A stretch of 64,000 nucleotides of DNA from an uncultured Eubacteriales bacterium (GTDB lineage Bacteria; Bacillota; Clostridia; Oscillospirales; CAG-382), in NCBI GenBank assembly GCA_934444485.1, contig CAKSCN010000001.1, positions 12,355 through 76,354 on the forward strand, written 5' to 3'. Below, one piece after another: positions 44,988 through 55,100 of this stretch (position 1 is the first letter of the stretch; every line of letters begins with the position of its first letter). The notes beneath the pieces were generated by a model, which ran no database searches, was not told where the DNA came from, and saw nothing but the letters and a program-made list of their open reading frames with translations. The position numbers and the translations under genes are program-made.

Positions 44988-47900
44988 TTACAGTGATTTC
45001 ATCACATCAAGTAAATGCTGATAGCTGTCAACATCATGGTACTTGACATTTTCGGTAGAAATCTCATTAAAGAGTTTTCTTGCACAGGAAATCTTCGCTT
45101 TTTCAATGGGCTTCAAGCTCAAGCTTTCCATCGTACCCTTAGTCTCGGCGATAAAGTAGATGTGTTTTACCGTTCCCTCGTAGAAAGCGATTGCCCAGTC
45201 GGGCGAATAGTTTCCGACCGGAGTAGGAATATGGAATCCTCTCGGCAGTTTTGCATACACGCATACTTCCTCGGCATTATCCAAGTCCTCGGCAAATCGG
45301 CGTTCCACGCTTTTTTCGGCGTAGCCGTCGGTAAATACATAGTCTTGAATATGCTTTGTCGCCTTGAAAGCCTTGTCAATGCTCGTCAAGGTCTTTTCGG
45401 CAGTAAAGATGGTGCTGTCATACTCGCCCTCAATTTGGTCGTAAGAAATGTGTTCAACAATCATCGTTGCCTTTTGCTCGTTGATAAGGCGAATGACTTT
45501 GGCGATAAATTCTTCCGGATTTGCTTTGTACATAGCAAACTTTACCGGCGAGATACCTTTGATAATTTCTACGACTGTCTTTCTTGTCAAAACTGTTCCT
45601 TCCGCAATTTTGCCAACAAGGTCGTATTTGATTTGGCTTACCTCGCCACGCTTCAGCGTAGTCGTGCGTGTCTTTGCTGTCTTAAATGCTTCGCCACGCT
45701 CCAAGGCGTTTGCGTCCATTTCATCTGTCTGCTCGCCTTTAGAAACCGTGTAGGTCAGCTCGGAAACAAACAGCTCGCTGTCAATATGCTTGATGGATTT
45801 TTGGATTAACTCGGCACTATCGAACGAAACGGTATAGGCGTATTTATGGTTGATCTGCTTCCATAGTGCTTGAAATTCTTTCTTGGCAAAATTATCATTA
45901 AGCGGATTTCCCTTGATTGCGGATTCGTGACCATCCGAGAACATATCATCAAGAACGGAATCATCGTATACCGATTGAATCAATGTCTGAATTCCGTCAT
46001 TCATCGGTGCCAGCTCTGCCGGAAGCGGAGCAAGCGTTCCCATTTTCAAATCCATGCGATACTTGTCCGTAACCTTGCGATCCATGTCAACATACCGGTT
46101 GGCAATCAGATAGAACTCGATAGCGTTTGCCGTCTTATCATCAATAACAGTAGGCTTACCGTCCACCTTGACAAACTTGCCTTTGAAGTATTCGCTGGTA
46201 GCAGCCGTCGGTCTGTCATACAGAACCTTCTTGATGTCAGCTTGCAGGTCAGCCACAAAGCCCTTGTAGCTCTCGCTTGCGATAACCGTCAGCTTGTTAA
46301 TATCGTGGATTCTGTCTCCGAGGACTTCCGCATCCATTCTGTTTCCTGCCCGGTTTACGCAGAGACGCAGACCTCGCCCGACCTCCTGCCGCTTCTGTGT
46401 GGAGCTGTCGCTGTGTTTCAGCGTACAAATCTGGAACACATTCGGGTTATCCCAGCCTTCGCGCAAAGCGGAATGTGAGAAGATGAAGCGTGTCGGCTCG
46501 TCTAAGGAAAGCAGACGCTCCTTGTTCTTCAAAATCAGGTCGTATGCGGAAATATCATCCGAAAACTCGGAACCTCTTTTGAGTGCGGAGTTGATGCTGT
46601 GTCCGGTCTTTTTATCAATGCTGAAATAGCCTTTGTGAGTGTCGGCGACTTCAATGCTGCGGAGATATTTCTGATACGGCGTATCGAACAGAGTCAGATA
46701 CTCGTTAAGAATGTTGTTGTATTCTTCTTCAAAGATACGCCCGTACTCACCGAGCAGCTCGTTTCCGTCCTCATCATATTGGCGGTACTTTGCAACCTCG
46801 TCAATGAAAAACAGGGAAAGCGTTTTGATTCCCATATCAAAGAGTTTTTCTTCTTTCTCAAAGTGAGACTGTATGGTTTCTCTGATTTGGATTCGCCGCA
46901 TATCCTGCTCTACCACATCACCGATAACCTCTCCTTGGCGAATAACCATGCCATTCGTTAAAGTCACCGTGCCGTGAATCGGCTCAATGTCGGAAATGGT
47001 ATAGCCGTTTTTGTATTGCTCCATTTCGCCGGACTTGTAATAGAGGTCGTCGCCGACGGCAAACTGAAACATTTTCCGTTTATGCCCGCTTTGCTGTGCC
47101 ACTTCGATTTCAAGCTTTGCCATAGGCGGCTTGTTCGGAGAAAGCACTATGTTTTCGAGATAGAGATACTGACTCGTGCCGGTAAGGTTCTTTACCTCAA
47201 AGCCCTTGACCTCAATCTTCTTGACGAGTTTCTTATTAAACGCATCCAAAGCGTCAAGTACATAGACAAGGTTGTGCTGCTTGGCGTGCGTGGCAGAGTA
47301 GTTCAAGCTGAACAGCGGATTGAAGTTCTGCAGTGCTTTCTGCGTGACCTCACCGCCCATTTTCTGCGGTTCATCCAAAATGATAATCGGTCTGTTCGCC
47401 TTGATAACATCAATCGGACGGCGGGAACCGAATTCATCACGTTTGGAATAAATTATACGGGCTTCCTTGCTCTTGCCGTCCTCTTTCAAGGAAGAAGCGA
47501 ACGCCTGCGTATTGATAATCATGACATTGATACCGGAGCTTGACGAGAAGTTATCCAGCTCGTTTAAGTTGGAGCTGTTGTAGATGAAGAACCGAGTCTT
47601 CTTGCCGTACTGCTCCATAAAGTGGTCTGTTGTAATCTGGAAAGTCTTATTGACACCCTCACGGATAGCAATAGAGGGAACGACCACAATAAACTTGCTC
47701 CATCCGTAAAGCTTGTTCAGCTCAAACATGGTCTTGATGTAAACATAGGTTTTGCCCGTACCGGTCTCCATCTCTATATCGAGAGAACAGCGTCCGACGT
47801 TTCCGATGAGCTTGTCCGAAACTTTGATGTTGTTCTCGTTCTGAATAGCACGGATGTTATCAAGCAACTGCTCTTTTGTCAGCTCAATCTCTTCATTCTT

Positions 47901-48086
47901 GTAGCCGTTGCTCAACAGATCGTCTTCATTATCCGTCATATCAAAACTACTCTGTTTATTTGCCTGCGGCTTGCCTAAATCCGGGGTATAGAAAACCTTG
48001 TCGTGGTGAGGCTGTCCGCTGAATACACGAGCGACCGCTTCAACTGCTTCGGTTTGATACTGCTGTATCTTAAAGTTAAATTTCAT
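44988..48086 (-). CDS. res: Type III restriction-modification system Res subunit (DEAD/DEAH-like helicase-nuclease)
   Basis: 1,032 aa. N-terminus MKFNFKIQQYQTEAVEAV, Walker A METGTGKTYVY, motif II IILDEPQKM, helicase C block SHSALREGWDNPNVFQICTL. The C-terminal endonuclease-like region is typical of Type III Res. Confidence 0.85.
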   Translation of the reverse strand: MKFNFKIQQYQTEAVEAVARVFSGQPHHDKVFYTPDLGKPQANKQSSFDMTDNEDDLLSNGYKNEEIELTKEQLLDNIRAIQNENNIKVSDKLIGNVGRCSLDIEMETGTGKTYVYIKTMFELNKLYGWSKFIVVVPSIAIREGVNKTFQITTDHFMEQYGKKTRFFIYNSSNLNELDNFSSSSGINVMIINTQAFASSLKEDGKSKEARIIYSKRDEFGSRRPIDVIKANRPIIILDEPQKMGGEVTQKALQNFNPLFSLNYSATHAKQHNLVYVLDALDAFNKKLVKKIEVKGFEVKNLTGTSQYLYLENIVLSPNKPPMAKLEIEVAQQSGHKRKMFQFAVGDDLYYKSGEMEQYKNGYTISDIEPIHGTVTLTNGMVIRQGEVIGDVVEQDMRRIQIRETIQSHFEKEEKLFDMGIKTLSLFFIDEVAKYRQYDEDGNELLGEYGRIFEEEYNNILNEYLTLFDTPYQKYLRSIEVADTHKGYFSIDKKTGHSINSALKRGSEFSDDISAYDLILKNKERLLSLDEPTRFIFSHSALREGWDNPNVFQICTLKHSDSSTQKRQEVGRGLRLCVNRAGNRMDAEVLGDRIHDINKLTVIASESYKGFVADLQADIKKVLYDRPTAATSEYFKGKFVKVDGKPTVIDDKTANAIEFYLIANRYVDMDRKVTDKYRMDLKMGTLAPLPAELAPMNDGIQTLIQSVYDDSVLDDMFSDGHESAIKGNPLNDNFAKKEFQALWKQINHKYAYTVSFDSAELIQKSIKHIDSELFVSELTYTVSKGEQTDEMDANALERGEAFKTAKTRTTTLKRGEVSQIKYDLVGKIAEGTVLTRKTVVEIIKGISPVKFAMYKANPEEFIAKVIRLINEQKATMIVEHISYDQIEGEYDSTIFTAEKTLTSIDKAFKATKHIQDYVFTDGYAEKSVERRFAEDLDNAEEVCVYAKLPRGFHIPTPVGNYSPDWAIAFYEGTVKHIYFIAETKGTMESLSLKPIEKAKISCARKLFNEISTENVKYHDVDSYQHLLDVMKSL

Positions 48087-48744
48087 AGTCAGACACCTTT
48101 ATTTCAAGTTTACTTGTAATAAACTCAATAGTCTTATTACCATGCGACGCTGAATCAAGATTAAATATTTCTTGAATTGCATGAATATTGGCATCGTGTT
48201 CATCAAAGAAATATGCCAAATCTCTAACAGCCTTCAGAGCATTTTCTGCAGTATTTATATCCAAGTCTAATTCTATATATTTTGTTATATCAAAATCAGA
48301 ATTAAGAATTGCTTTAGCATCTGTGCCTCGACTTTTGGGATGAACGCATTTGTTACGATTTTCAACCAAAGCAATTAAGCCTGAGTAGTATGGCTTGCTT
48401 TTATTTATTTCAACTTTCAATAATTCTTTGGATATGTGTTCAAATTTACATATCGTCGGACGCTTTTCTAATTTCCCATAAAAATTTTCATCCCCCAAGC
48501 ATGCGGCTGCATAATCATTTAAAAACGCTTCAATGCACATAGCGGAAAATACAACAGCAGTTATGCTTAATTTATAAATGCTTCTGTATTTTGTAAGCAA
48601 ATCGTTTATGTCTTCGGTAGAGGTAGTCATTTTGTCTAATCTCTCTGCACAGTAGTAAGCATTCACAGCCATCTCACAATACATCGCAGATAAACAATTA
48701 ATTCTTATCTGAGAATATATTGGATAAATACCTTGTTTTTCCAT
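48076..48744 (-). CDS. uncharacterised protein with a HEPN-like RNxxxH motif, inserted between mod and res
   Basis: 222 aa counted from ATG 48744, which lies 1 nt after the mod stop (TGATATG). Its 3-prime end overlaps the res start by 11 nt. It looks predicted helical and carries LVENRNKCVHPKS (Rx4H, at 48357..48340). The codon usage is visibly AT-rich. Confidence 0.6.
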   Translation of the reverse strand: MEKQGIYPIYSQIRINCLSAMYCEMAVNAYYCAERLDKMTTSTEDINDLLTKYRSIYKLSITAVVFSAMCIEAFLNDYAAACLGDENFYGKLEKRPTICKFEHISKELLKVEINKSKPYYSGLIALVENRNKCVHPKSRGTDAKAILNSDFDITKYIELDLDINTAENALKAVRDLAYFFDEHDANIHAIQEIFNLDSASHGNKTIEFITSKLEIKVSDYEI

Positions 48745-48745
48745 A

Positions 48746-50731
48746 TCACAGCACCTTCCTAACTGTTGACGGACTAATCGAAGCGAAAATCTGGTCAAAG
48801 TTCGTCAGCACAGAATCGCTTGCCATACCGCTGTCACGGAACACGGCATAATAAGGCTGTTCCTTGGCAATAGCCGTAACGACCTCATCGGAGATGTTGT
48901 TATCGAAGCAGGCATACAGGAAACCGTCCGCCACATTGAACACCTTGCATCCGCCGATAGTGGTCTCCTCAATTTTGGAGGAAAGAAGTATGCCGAGGTC
49001 GAGCATGACCTGGAAAAGCAGATCTTCGGGAGTCCTGTCTTCCTTTATGTTGTCAGTCAGCTGATCGAACATACTGATTTCATAATCGTCAGGATTGTAA
49101 TACACATCTCTCATGTTGGAGGTATCACACTTCAAAACACGGAAACCGACATCTAATGCAGAATTCTTAATGCATAATTCATAATTATCGCATTCCGTCA
49201 TCTTACACTTTTCATTATGCATTATGCATTGTGAATTATGAATTATTTGCGCCCCGGCACGGCGGATGCGCTCCTTGCCGATTTCGCATATATCACGATA
49301 ACCGTTTTTGAACGCTTCACTCTTTTCATCGGTCTTTTCCGGAAGCTGAACCATAATGAACTTGCGGTGTCCGCCATCCTCAGCATTCAGTTGCATAACA
49401 GCGTGGGCAGTGGTTGCAGAGCCGGAGAAGAAGTCGAGCACAATGGAGTTTTCACTAGATGCTATACTGCAAAACAATTTTATAAGTTTTGAAGGCTTAG
49501 GAAAGTCAAAAACACCTATTCCCAATAAATCTTGTAACTCTCTTGTCCCTTTTATTGAAATATACTCCTTATCTATCAATACAGTTTTGGGCATTTCAGT
49601 TAATTTTCGCATTTTTTGATAAATTCGTATAATTCCATCAGAGCCCTTTCTTGCAATTAAATCGGACAACTGCCTTGAAGCTTTTTCGTTTTTTCCCCAT
49701 CTCCAGACGCTGTCAAACCCGTTTACAGAAATAGGAAATACCTCTTTATAATTCATCTTTTTTTCAAGATATACATTACAAAATCCGTTTTCATCCTCAG
49801 ATAACAAATCAACATAAAATGGATATCTTAGATTAGGACGATTAGTAGAGTTAAAAGCTCGTGCATTTTGATTTCTCAAATCTTGAAGATTGAATCCTCC
49901 TTTTTCGTCTTGAAATTGAAATTTCTTTCCTTCTATTTCCATTTCATTTAACGATACTATTTCAATATTTTTTGCATAAATTACAACTTGCTCATGTGTT
50001 TTTGCAAATCCTCCATATCTTCTTCCTTCTGTTTTAACTATTATTGTCGTTAATGCTATAAAATTTATTTCACCAAATATTTCATCACAAAGTTTTCTTA
50101 AATTATCAACTTCATTATCATCAATACTTATAAAAATAACACCATCATCAGACAGCAAGTCCTTTGCCAGCTTCAATCTCGGATAAATCATATTAAGCCA
50201 ATCGGTATGGAAACGACCGTTGCTTTCGGTGTTCTGCACCATACGGTTGCCGTCCTCATCGTATTGTCCGCTGTTTGCAAGATACTCATCCGTACTCTGA
50301 GCAAAGTCATCCTCATACACAAAATCATTTCCCGTATTGTACGGAGGATCTATGTAAATCATCTTGATTTTGCCGAGATAGGTTTCCTGCAATAGCTTCA
50401 GCACTTCAAGATTGTCGCCCTCAATATAGAGGTTTTCGGTGGTATCAAAGTCCACGCTTTCCTCACGGCAGGGACGGAGCGTTTTGGAAATGGGAGCGTT
50501 CGCCAGCAGGACGGACTTCCTCTTGTCCGGCCAGGTGAACTGATAGCGTTCCTCTTTTCCGTCAACAACCTTTGTGCCTATTTCCTGCATCAGCACATCC
50601 TTGTCAATGGCACGAACCACTTCGCCGTTCTCGTCAATCGTCTCCGTAACGGCGTTCGGGAACATCTCCGCTAACTTCTTGAAATTCTCATCGGCTTTGT
50701 TCGCCGTTTGCATTCTTAATTTATCACTCAT
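48746..50731 (-). CDS. mod: Type III RM Mod subunit, N6-adenine/N4-cytosine beta-class DNA methyltransferase
   Basis: 661 aa. Motif IV IYIDPPYNTGNDF comes before motif I VLDFFSGSATTAHAV (beta-class order). The central presumed target-recognition region (about 49450..50150) is AT-rich. Confidence 0.85.
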   Translation of the reverse strand: MSDKLRMQTANKADENFKKLAEMFPNAVTETIDENGEVVRAIDKDVLMQEIGTKVVDGKEERYQFTWPDKRKSVLLANAPISKTLRPCREESVDFDTTENLYIEGDNLEVLKLLQETYLGKIKMIYIDPPYNTGNDFVYEDDFAQSTDEYLANSGQYDEDGNRMVQNTESNGRFHTDWLNMIYPRLKLAKDLLSDDGVIFISIDDNEVDNLRKLCDEIFGEINFIALTTIIVKTEGRRYGGFAKTHEQVVIYAKNIEIVSLNEMEIEGKKFQFQDEKGGFNLQDLRNQNARAFNSTNRPNLRYPFYVDLLSEDENGFCNVYLEKKMNYKEVFPISVNGFDSVWRWGKNEKASRQLSDLIARKGSDGIIRIYQKMRKLTEMPKTVLIDKEYISIKGTRELQDLLGIGVFDFPKPSKLIKLFCSIASSENSIVLDFFSGSATTAHAVMQLNAEDGGHRKFIMVQLPEKTDEKSEAFKNGYRDICEIGKERIRRAGAQIIHNSQCIMHNEKCKMTECDNYELCIKNSALDVGFRVLKCDTSNMRDVYYNPDDYEISMFDQLTDNIKEDRTPEDLLFQVMLDLGILLSSKIEETTIGGCKVFNVADGFLYACFDNNISDEVVTAIAKEQPYYAVFRDSGMASDSVLTNFDQIFASISPSTVRKVL

Positions 50732-51501
50732 TTGGGAGTCCCCTCTTTCTTGTTTATATTATTTATACATTGCTGTAGGATATAATTTTTGTCCTCTGTA
50801 TGCCATTTTAAATATGACGCATTCAAATTTTTTATAAGGTTATCAATGAGATTACTACACAGTTTTATTTTTTCTTTTTCTATTTTACTTCGATCATTAT
50901 ACACATAAGAATCTATCTTTAAAGGGAATCGTGCCTCTTCCGCGAGATTTTCCATGCTTAAAGCTTCTGACAAATTAGTGTAGTTTTCTTTTATTGCTTT
51001 TAAGTATTCTTCGCCATTTTCTAAAACGGAAAACCATAATTTTATTTCTTTGTCATCAAATAAACCATTTATATTGTGATTGGAAATTTTTAATTCTTTA
51101 ACATTTGTCGGCGACAAATATTTAATAAGTTCTTTGCTATCTCTTCCCAAACAAACAGTGTTGTAAATGTCGATCTTCGCCATTTTTAAAAATAATTCGG
51201 TCGTATGATGCATTAGGAAAACTGTTGGAAGAAGTGAGAAATAATTCAGTTGTTTCGATAATACTTCTTGCTGTTTTGATGTTGCCACCAGATATGCGGT
51301 AAAATATTGCTGAAATGCATTGCTTATCAATTGCCTATCTTGCATCAGTTCTCCGAAGATCAGCTTTAAAATTTCTTCAGTTGAGATACTATCCTTTTTC
51401 TGCTCAGTCAAGCAAGTTTCAACCTTATTCCAATATTCGGCACTAGAACGACTCTCGTTACGTGCTTTTTCAAATATTTCTTTTAGTGTCACTTCACCCA
51501 T
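50728..51501 (-). CDS. uncharacterised 257-aa protein between the DUF4391 gene and mod
   Basis: ORF track. AAAGGA ribosome-binding site. Its stop overlaps the mod start in ATGA. It looks predicted helical and very AT-rich. I recognise no motif. Confidence 0.55.
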   Translation of the reverse strand: MGEVTLKEIFEKARNESRSSAEYWNKVETCLTEQKKDSISTEEILKLIFGELMQDRQLISNAFQQYFTAYLVATSKQQEVLSKQLNYFSLLPTVFLMHHTTELFLKMAKIDIYNTVCLGRDSKELIKYLSPTNVKELKISNHNINGLFDDKEIKLWFSVLENGEEYLKAIKENYTNLSEALSMENLAEEARFPLKIDSYVYNDRSKIEKEKIKLCSNLIDNLIKNLNASYLKWHTEDKNYILQQCINNINKKEGTPK

Positions 51502-51509
51502 GAAGATTA

Positions 51510-52100
51510 TTATCCTTTCAGCATTTTTATTCTTTGTACAATTTCAAACTTCTTCCTCGGCTGTTTCTCATTCCTTGCCTGCTTTTCGAGCTTTTCAATT
51601 TCCTTTAGGAGCTTTTCCCTGCGTTCATCAACGGCAATCTGCTCATTCAAAGAATTGCCCTGTTCCAGCTCCACGCCGCCGACAGTCGAGACTATATTCT
51701 CCCACGCCTTATCAAGGTTCAAACCTTTGAGTTCTATGTGTTGTTCCGCTGTCGGCTTCCACTCCGTTTGCAATATCTTTAAACGATATACGGCAAGTTT
51801 GCTTTCGCTTCCGCACTCCAGAAAAAAGAGGATGTTTTGCGGTATCAGTTTTGACAATGTTTCTATTGTTCTTTCGGAGAAATCTTTTCTTTTCAGAGAT
51901 ACCAGCAAAACAAAAAAGCTCTTAACTTCATCTCCGGCAGAAATATTTACATTATTCGGTGTTACCTCATTTACAATTGTAATTCTCGATATATCTGCGT
52001 CAAATCTATCTTTTTCTGCCGTTTTCATTTGAAACTTCGCATATATAGCTTTCTTAGGAAGCTGTTTACTCACTTCCGTAGTTTTGGGAAGTCCGAGCAT
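51510..52100 (-). CDS. DUF4391-like protein
   Basis: 196 aa. The N-terminal LGLPKTTEVSKQLPKKAIYAKF...ISRITIVNEVTPNNVNI resembles DUF4391 proteins, which commonly sit between SNF2-like helicases and methyltransferases. GGTGAGGTG ribosome-binding site lies inside the helicase 3-prime end. Confidence 0.55.
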   Translation of the reverse strand: MLGLPKTTEVSKQLPKKAIYAKFQMKTAEKDRFDADISRITIVNEVTPNNVNISAGDEVKSFFVLLVSLKRKDFSERTIETLSKLIPQNILFFLECGSESKLAVYRLKILQTEWKPTAEQHIELKGLNLDKAWENIVSTVGGVELEQGNSLNEQIAVDERREKLLKEIEKLEKQARNEKQPRKKFEIVQRIKMLKG

Positions 52101-52109
52101 TTAATCACC

Positions 52110-55100
52110 TCACCGCACGACTAAGAAACAAATCAGTTCAAAGTCGTCAAGTCCTTTAATTTCATTTGATAAAAAGCTTACCGTATCGCCGCTCAAAAAG
52201 CTGTCAATATCATTTTCTTCCTTGACATCAATTATAGAGTTTATGGATTCACTCAGCAGCTCGGAAATCTCACTCATATTGCGCCCGTCGTCTGTCTCAT
52301 CGTTAAAACGGTGATAGAGTGCTTCGATTGGCTTGTCCTTGCCGCGGCAAAGCAGATGCATTGTATCGAGAAGCTTTTTCGGCTGCAAGTAATCACAGAC
52401 TACATCGCCGTCGTTACCGATATAGACCATATAAAACGGATGAAGCCGATTCTTGTTATCAATATTGATGCTTTGCTCTCGGTTCTTCAGTACAAAGACA
52501 ACGCCGGGAGGGCAATCCTTTGATGCAGGAGCAACGGCATGAAGCCCCATAGGGGTATGCTCCAATTCCGGATGATGCTTGATATATTCCAGCAAATCAA
52601 GGCGGAACTCGTTCAATCCCAAATCCATGATGGAGATGCCGGAGGACATATCTTCAATATCTACAACTTCCTCCTGCAAGCGCTTGAGCTGTGTTTTACG
52701 GTATTCAAGGTCGTGCTTTTCTTCATCGGAGAGAATGTTGTCGTCGCCCGTAGCGGTCATATCGACAATCTTCATTCTCGTTTCAACTTTCGATTTCAGA
52801 TTGATATATTCGTCAAGAGTAATATCGGGCCAGAAATTGACAAGCTGAATGACCTTGTTCCTGCTGCCGATACGGTCAACTCGTCCAAATCGCTGAATGA
52901 TGCGAACGGGGTTCCAATGAATATCGTAATTGATAAGGTAGTCGCAGTCCTGCAGGTTCTGACCTTCGGAGATACAGTCTGTTGCAATCAAAATATCAAT
53001 ATCGACTTTCGGGATGCTGTCAAACATATCTCTGTCTTTTGACTTCGGAGAAAAACAAGTCAGAACGGTGTTCATATCTGCTCGTTTCAGCTTTGCGGTC
53101 GTGCGTCCTTCAACAGAACCGGTAACAACCGCTGTGTTCAAGCCGTATTTTTTCAGCATGAACGCAGAGACATTATCATAAAGATACATAGCCGTATCAG
53201 CAAAAGCGGTAAAGATAATTACTTTCTTGTTTCCTTCGTTGATAGGATGCTCCACCTTATTTGACAGGTCTTCCAAAAGCTCCTGCAGCTTGCTGTCGTG
53301 TTCCGGCGTGATGTCATCCACCATAATTGTAAGAAGTTCAAGAATTTCCCGGTCCTTCGCAAGCTCTCCACGCCACGAAAGTCTATCCATATCGGCAAGG
53401 TCAATCTGAACTTTCCTGCCGATGCTTGCAAAGTCATCGCTGTTCTGGTCGTCAAGGTCGTATTCATCAACATCGGAAATATCTGTGAGATTGACCGTTG
53501 CTCCGACCGTATTTTCGTAATCATCTATCGACTCAATAGTGGTGTCAATCAGCTCCTTGATTCTGCGAAGCGTCAGATTGAAAGAATAGACGGAGCTTTC
53601 CATACGCTTCATCAAGTTTATCGCCATCAGGCGGCGAATACCCAGCTCACGGCTTGCCTGCGTGAAGCCGACATTAACCTTGTTATCTCCATACAACTCG
53701 GCGTACTTTTCCATTCGGCTCGGCAAAATGTAATGAGACGGACGGTAAATATCCAGGTTCAGCTTTGTAAGCTGTTCAAAAATTTCGTTATAGCTGATAG
53801 CGTCCTTCAAATCGGTCAGATGCGGTGTGTGCGATTTAGGAACCAGCCTTTCCGGGAACTTACCGATAGAGGTCGTATCATAATATTTCTCGATGTGCTT
53901 TCTGGAGCGGGCAATCGTAACGCTGTCCAACACCTCAAAGAAGTCAAAGTCAAGCATACGGAGCAGGTTGTCGGTTGTTCTATCGCAAGGTTCCCATTTG
54001 CTCCATGTATTGAACGCTTTCTGTGCGTTTCGGAAAATATCATCAATGGTATGCGTCGTTTTCAGCTTGCTGTCGAGCAGAGAGGAATCTCCCTCGTAAG
54101 CGAGCTGCAACTGATTTTTCAAATCATTGAAGCGTGTATTGACCGGCGTGGCGGAAAGCATAAGGACCTTTGTCTTTACGCCTTTGCGTATGACCTGTTT
54201 CAGTAAAGTGGTATAACGATTTTCTTTTTCTCCGTCTTCGGAATCGAGTTTGCCGCCATTGCGGAAGTTGTGTGATTCATCAATCACAACAAGGTCGTAT
54301 GTATCCCAACGCAGGCGGGACAAATCCGTTCCGTTGGACATACCGTGTGTCCGCCCAATATCGGTATGATAAAGCACCTTGTAGTTCAACCTGTCTTCTG
54401 CAAGGGGATTGTTGATATAATTATCCCGATATGTATTCCAGTTGTTCGACAGCTTCTTCGGGCAAAGAACCAAAACGCTTTTATTTCTTGATTCGTAGTA
54501 CTTAATGACCGCCAAGGCAGTAAAGGTTTTACCGAGACCGACAGAATCGGCTAAAATGCAACCGTTATACTTTTCAAGCTTATTGATAATGGCAAGAGCC
54601 GCATCACGCTGAAAGTTAAACAACATATTCCACACTTTGCTGTCCTTAAACCCCGTCGCTTCATTCGGTAAGGTGTCTTCGGATACATCTTCAAGGAACT
54701 CATTGAAAATGTTATACAGCGTGATAAAGTAGATAAACTCCGGAGAATTTTCGTTATAGACCGCCGTAATATTCTCAATCACCCGGTCGGTTACATCCTG
54801 GAAGTTCTGCTTGTCGTTCCAAAGCTGCTCAAACAGGTCAATATAGCTCTTGCTCATCGGATATGACAGCCTCTGCGTAAAATTGTACGCATAATTACCA
54901 CGCTCACAGCCGAGGTCAACGGTTGTGAATTCATTAAAAGGCATATAGGTATACTGGTCATTATCCGAAAGTACATTCAAAAATCCCGGCACAACTTGAC
55001 TTGTGGTATTGGACTTAAAAATCGCTTTCTGCTTTATCCATTCCGCACACTCTTTTGCAATAGCCCTCTGGGTAAGTTCGTTGCGGAGCCGAATTTCAAA

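Noticed and set aside
49213-49247. Heptamer run cattatg cattatg cattgtg aattatg aattatt inside mod, considered as a phase-variation simple sequence repeat
   Set aside because: Only two adjacent units are identical and the rest are degenerate. It lies in an apparently variable linker (..IIHNSQCIMHNEKCKM..). Known phasevarion repeats are long perfect tracts, so slippage here is unlikely. It is worth a glance in read data only.
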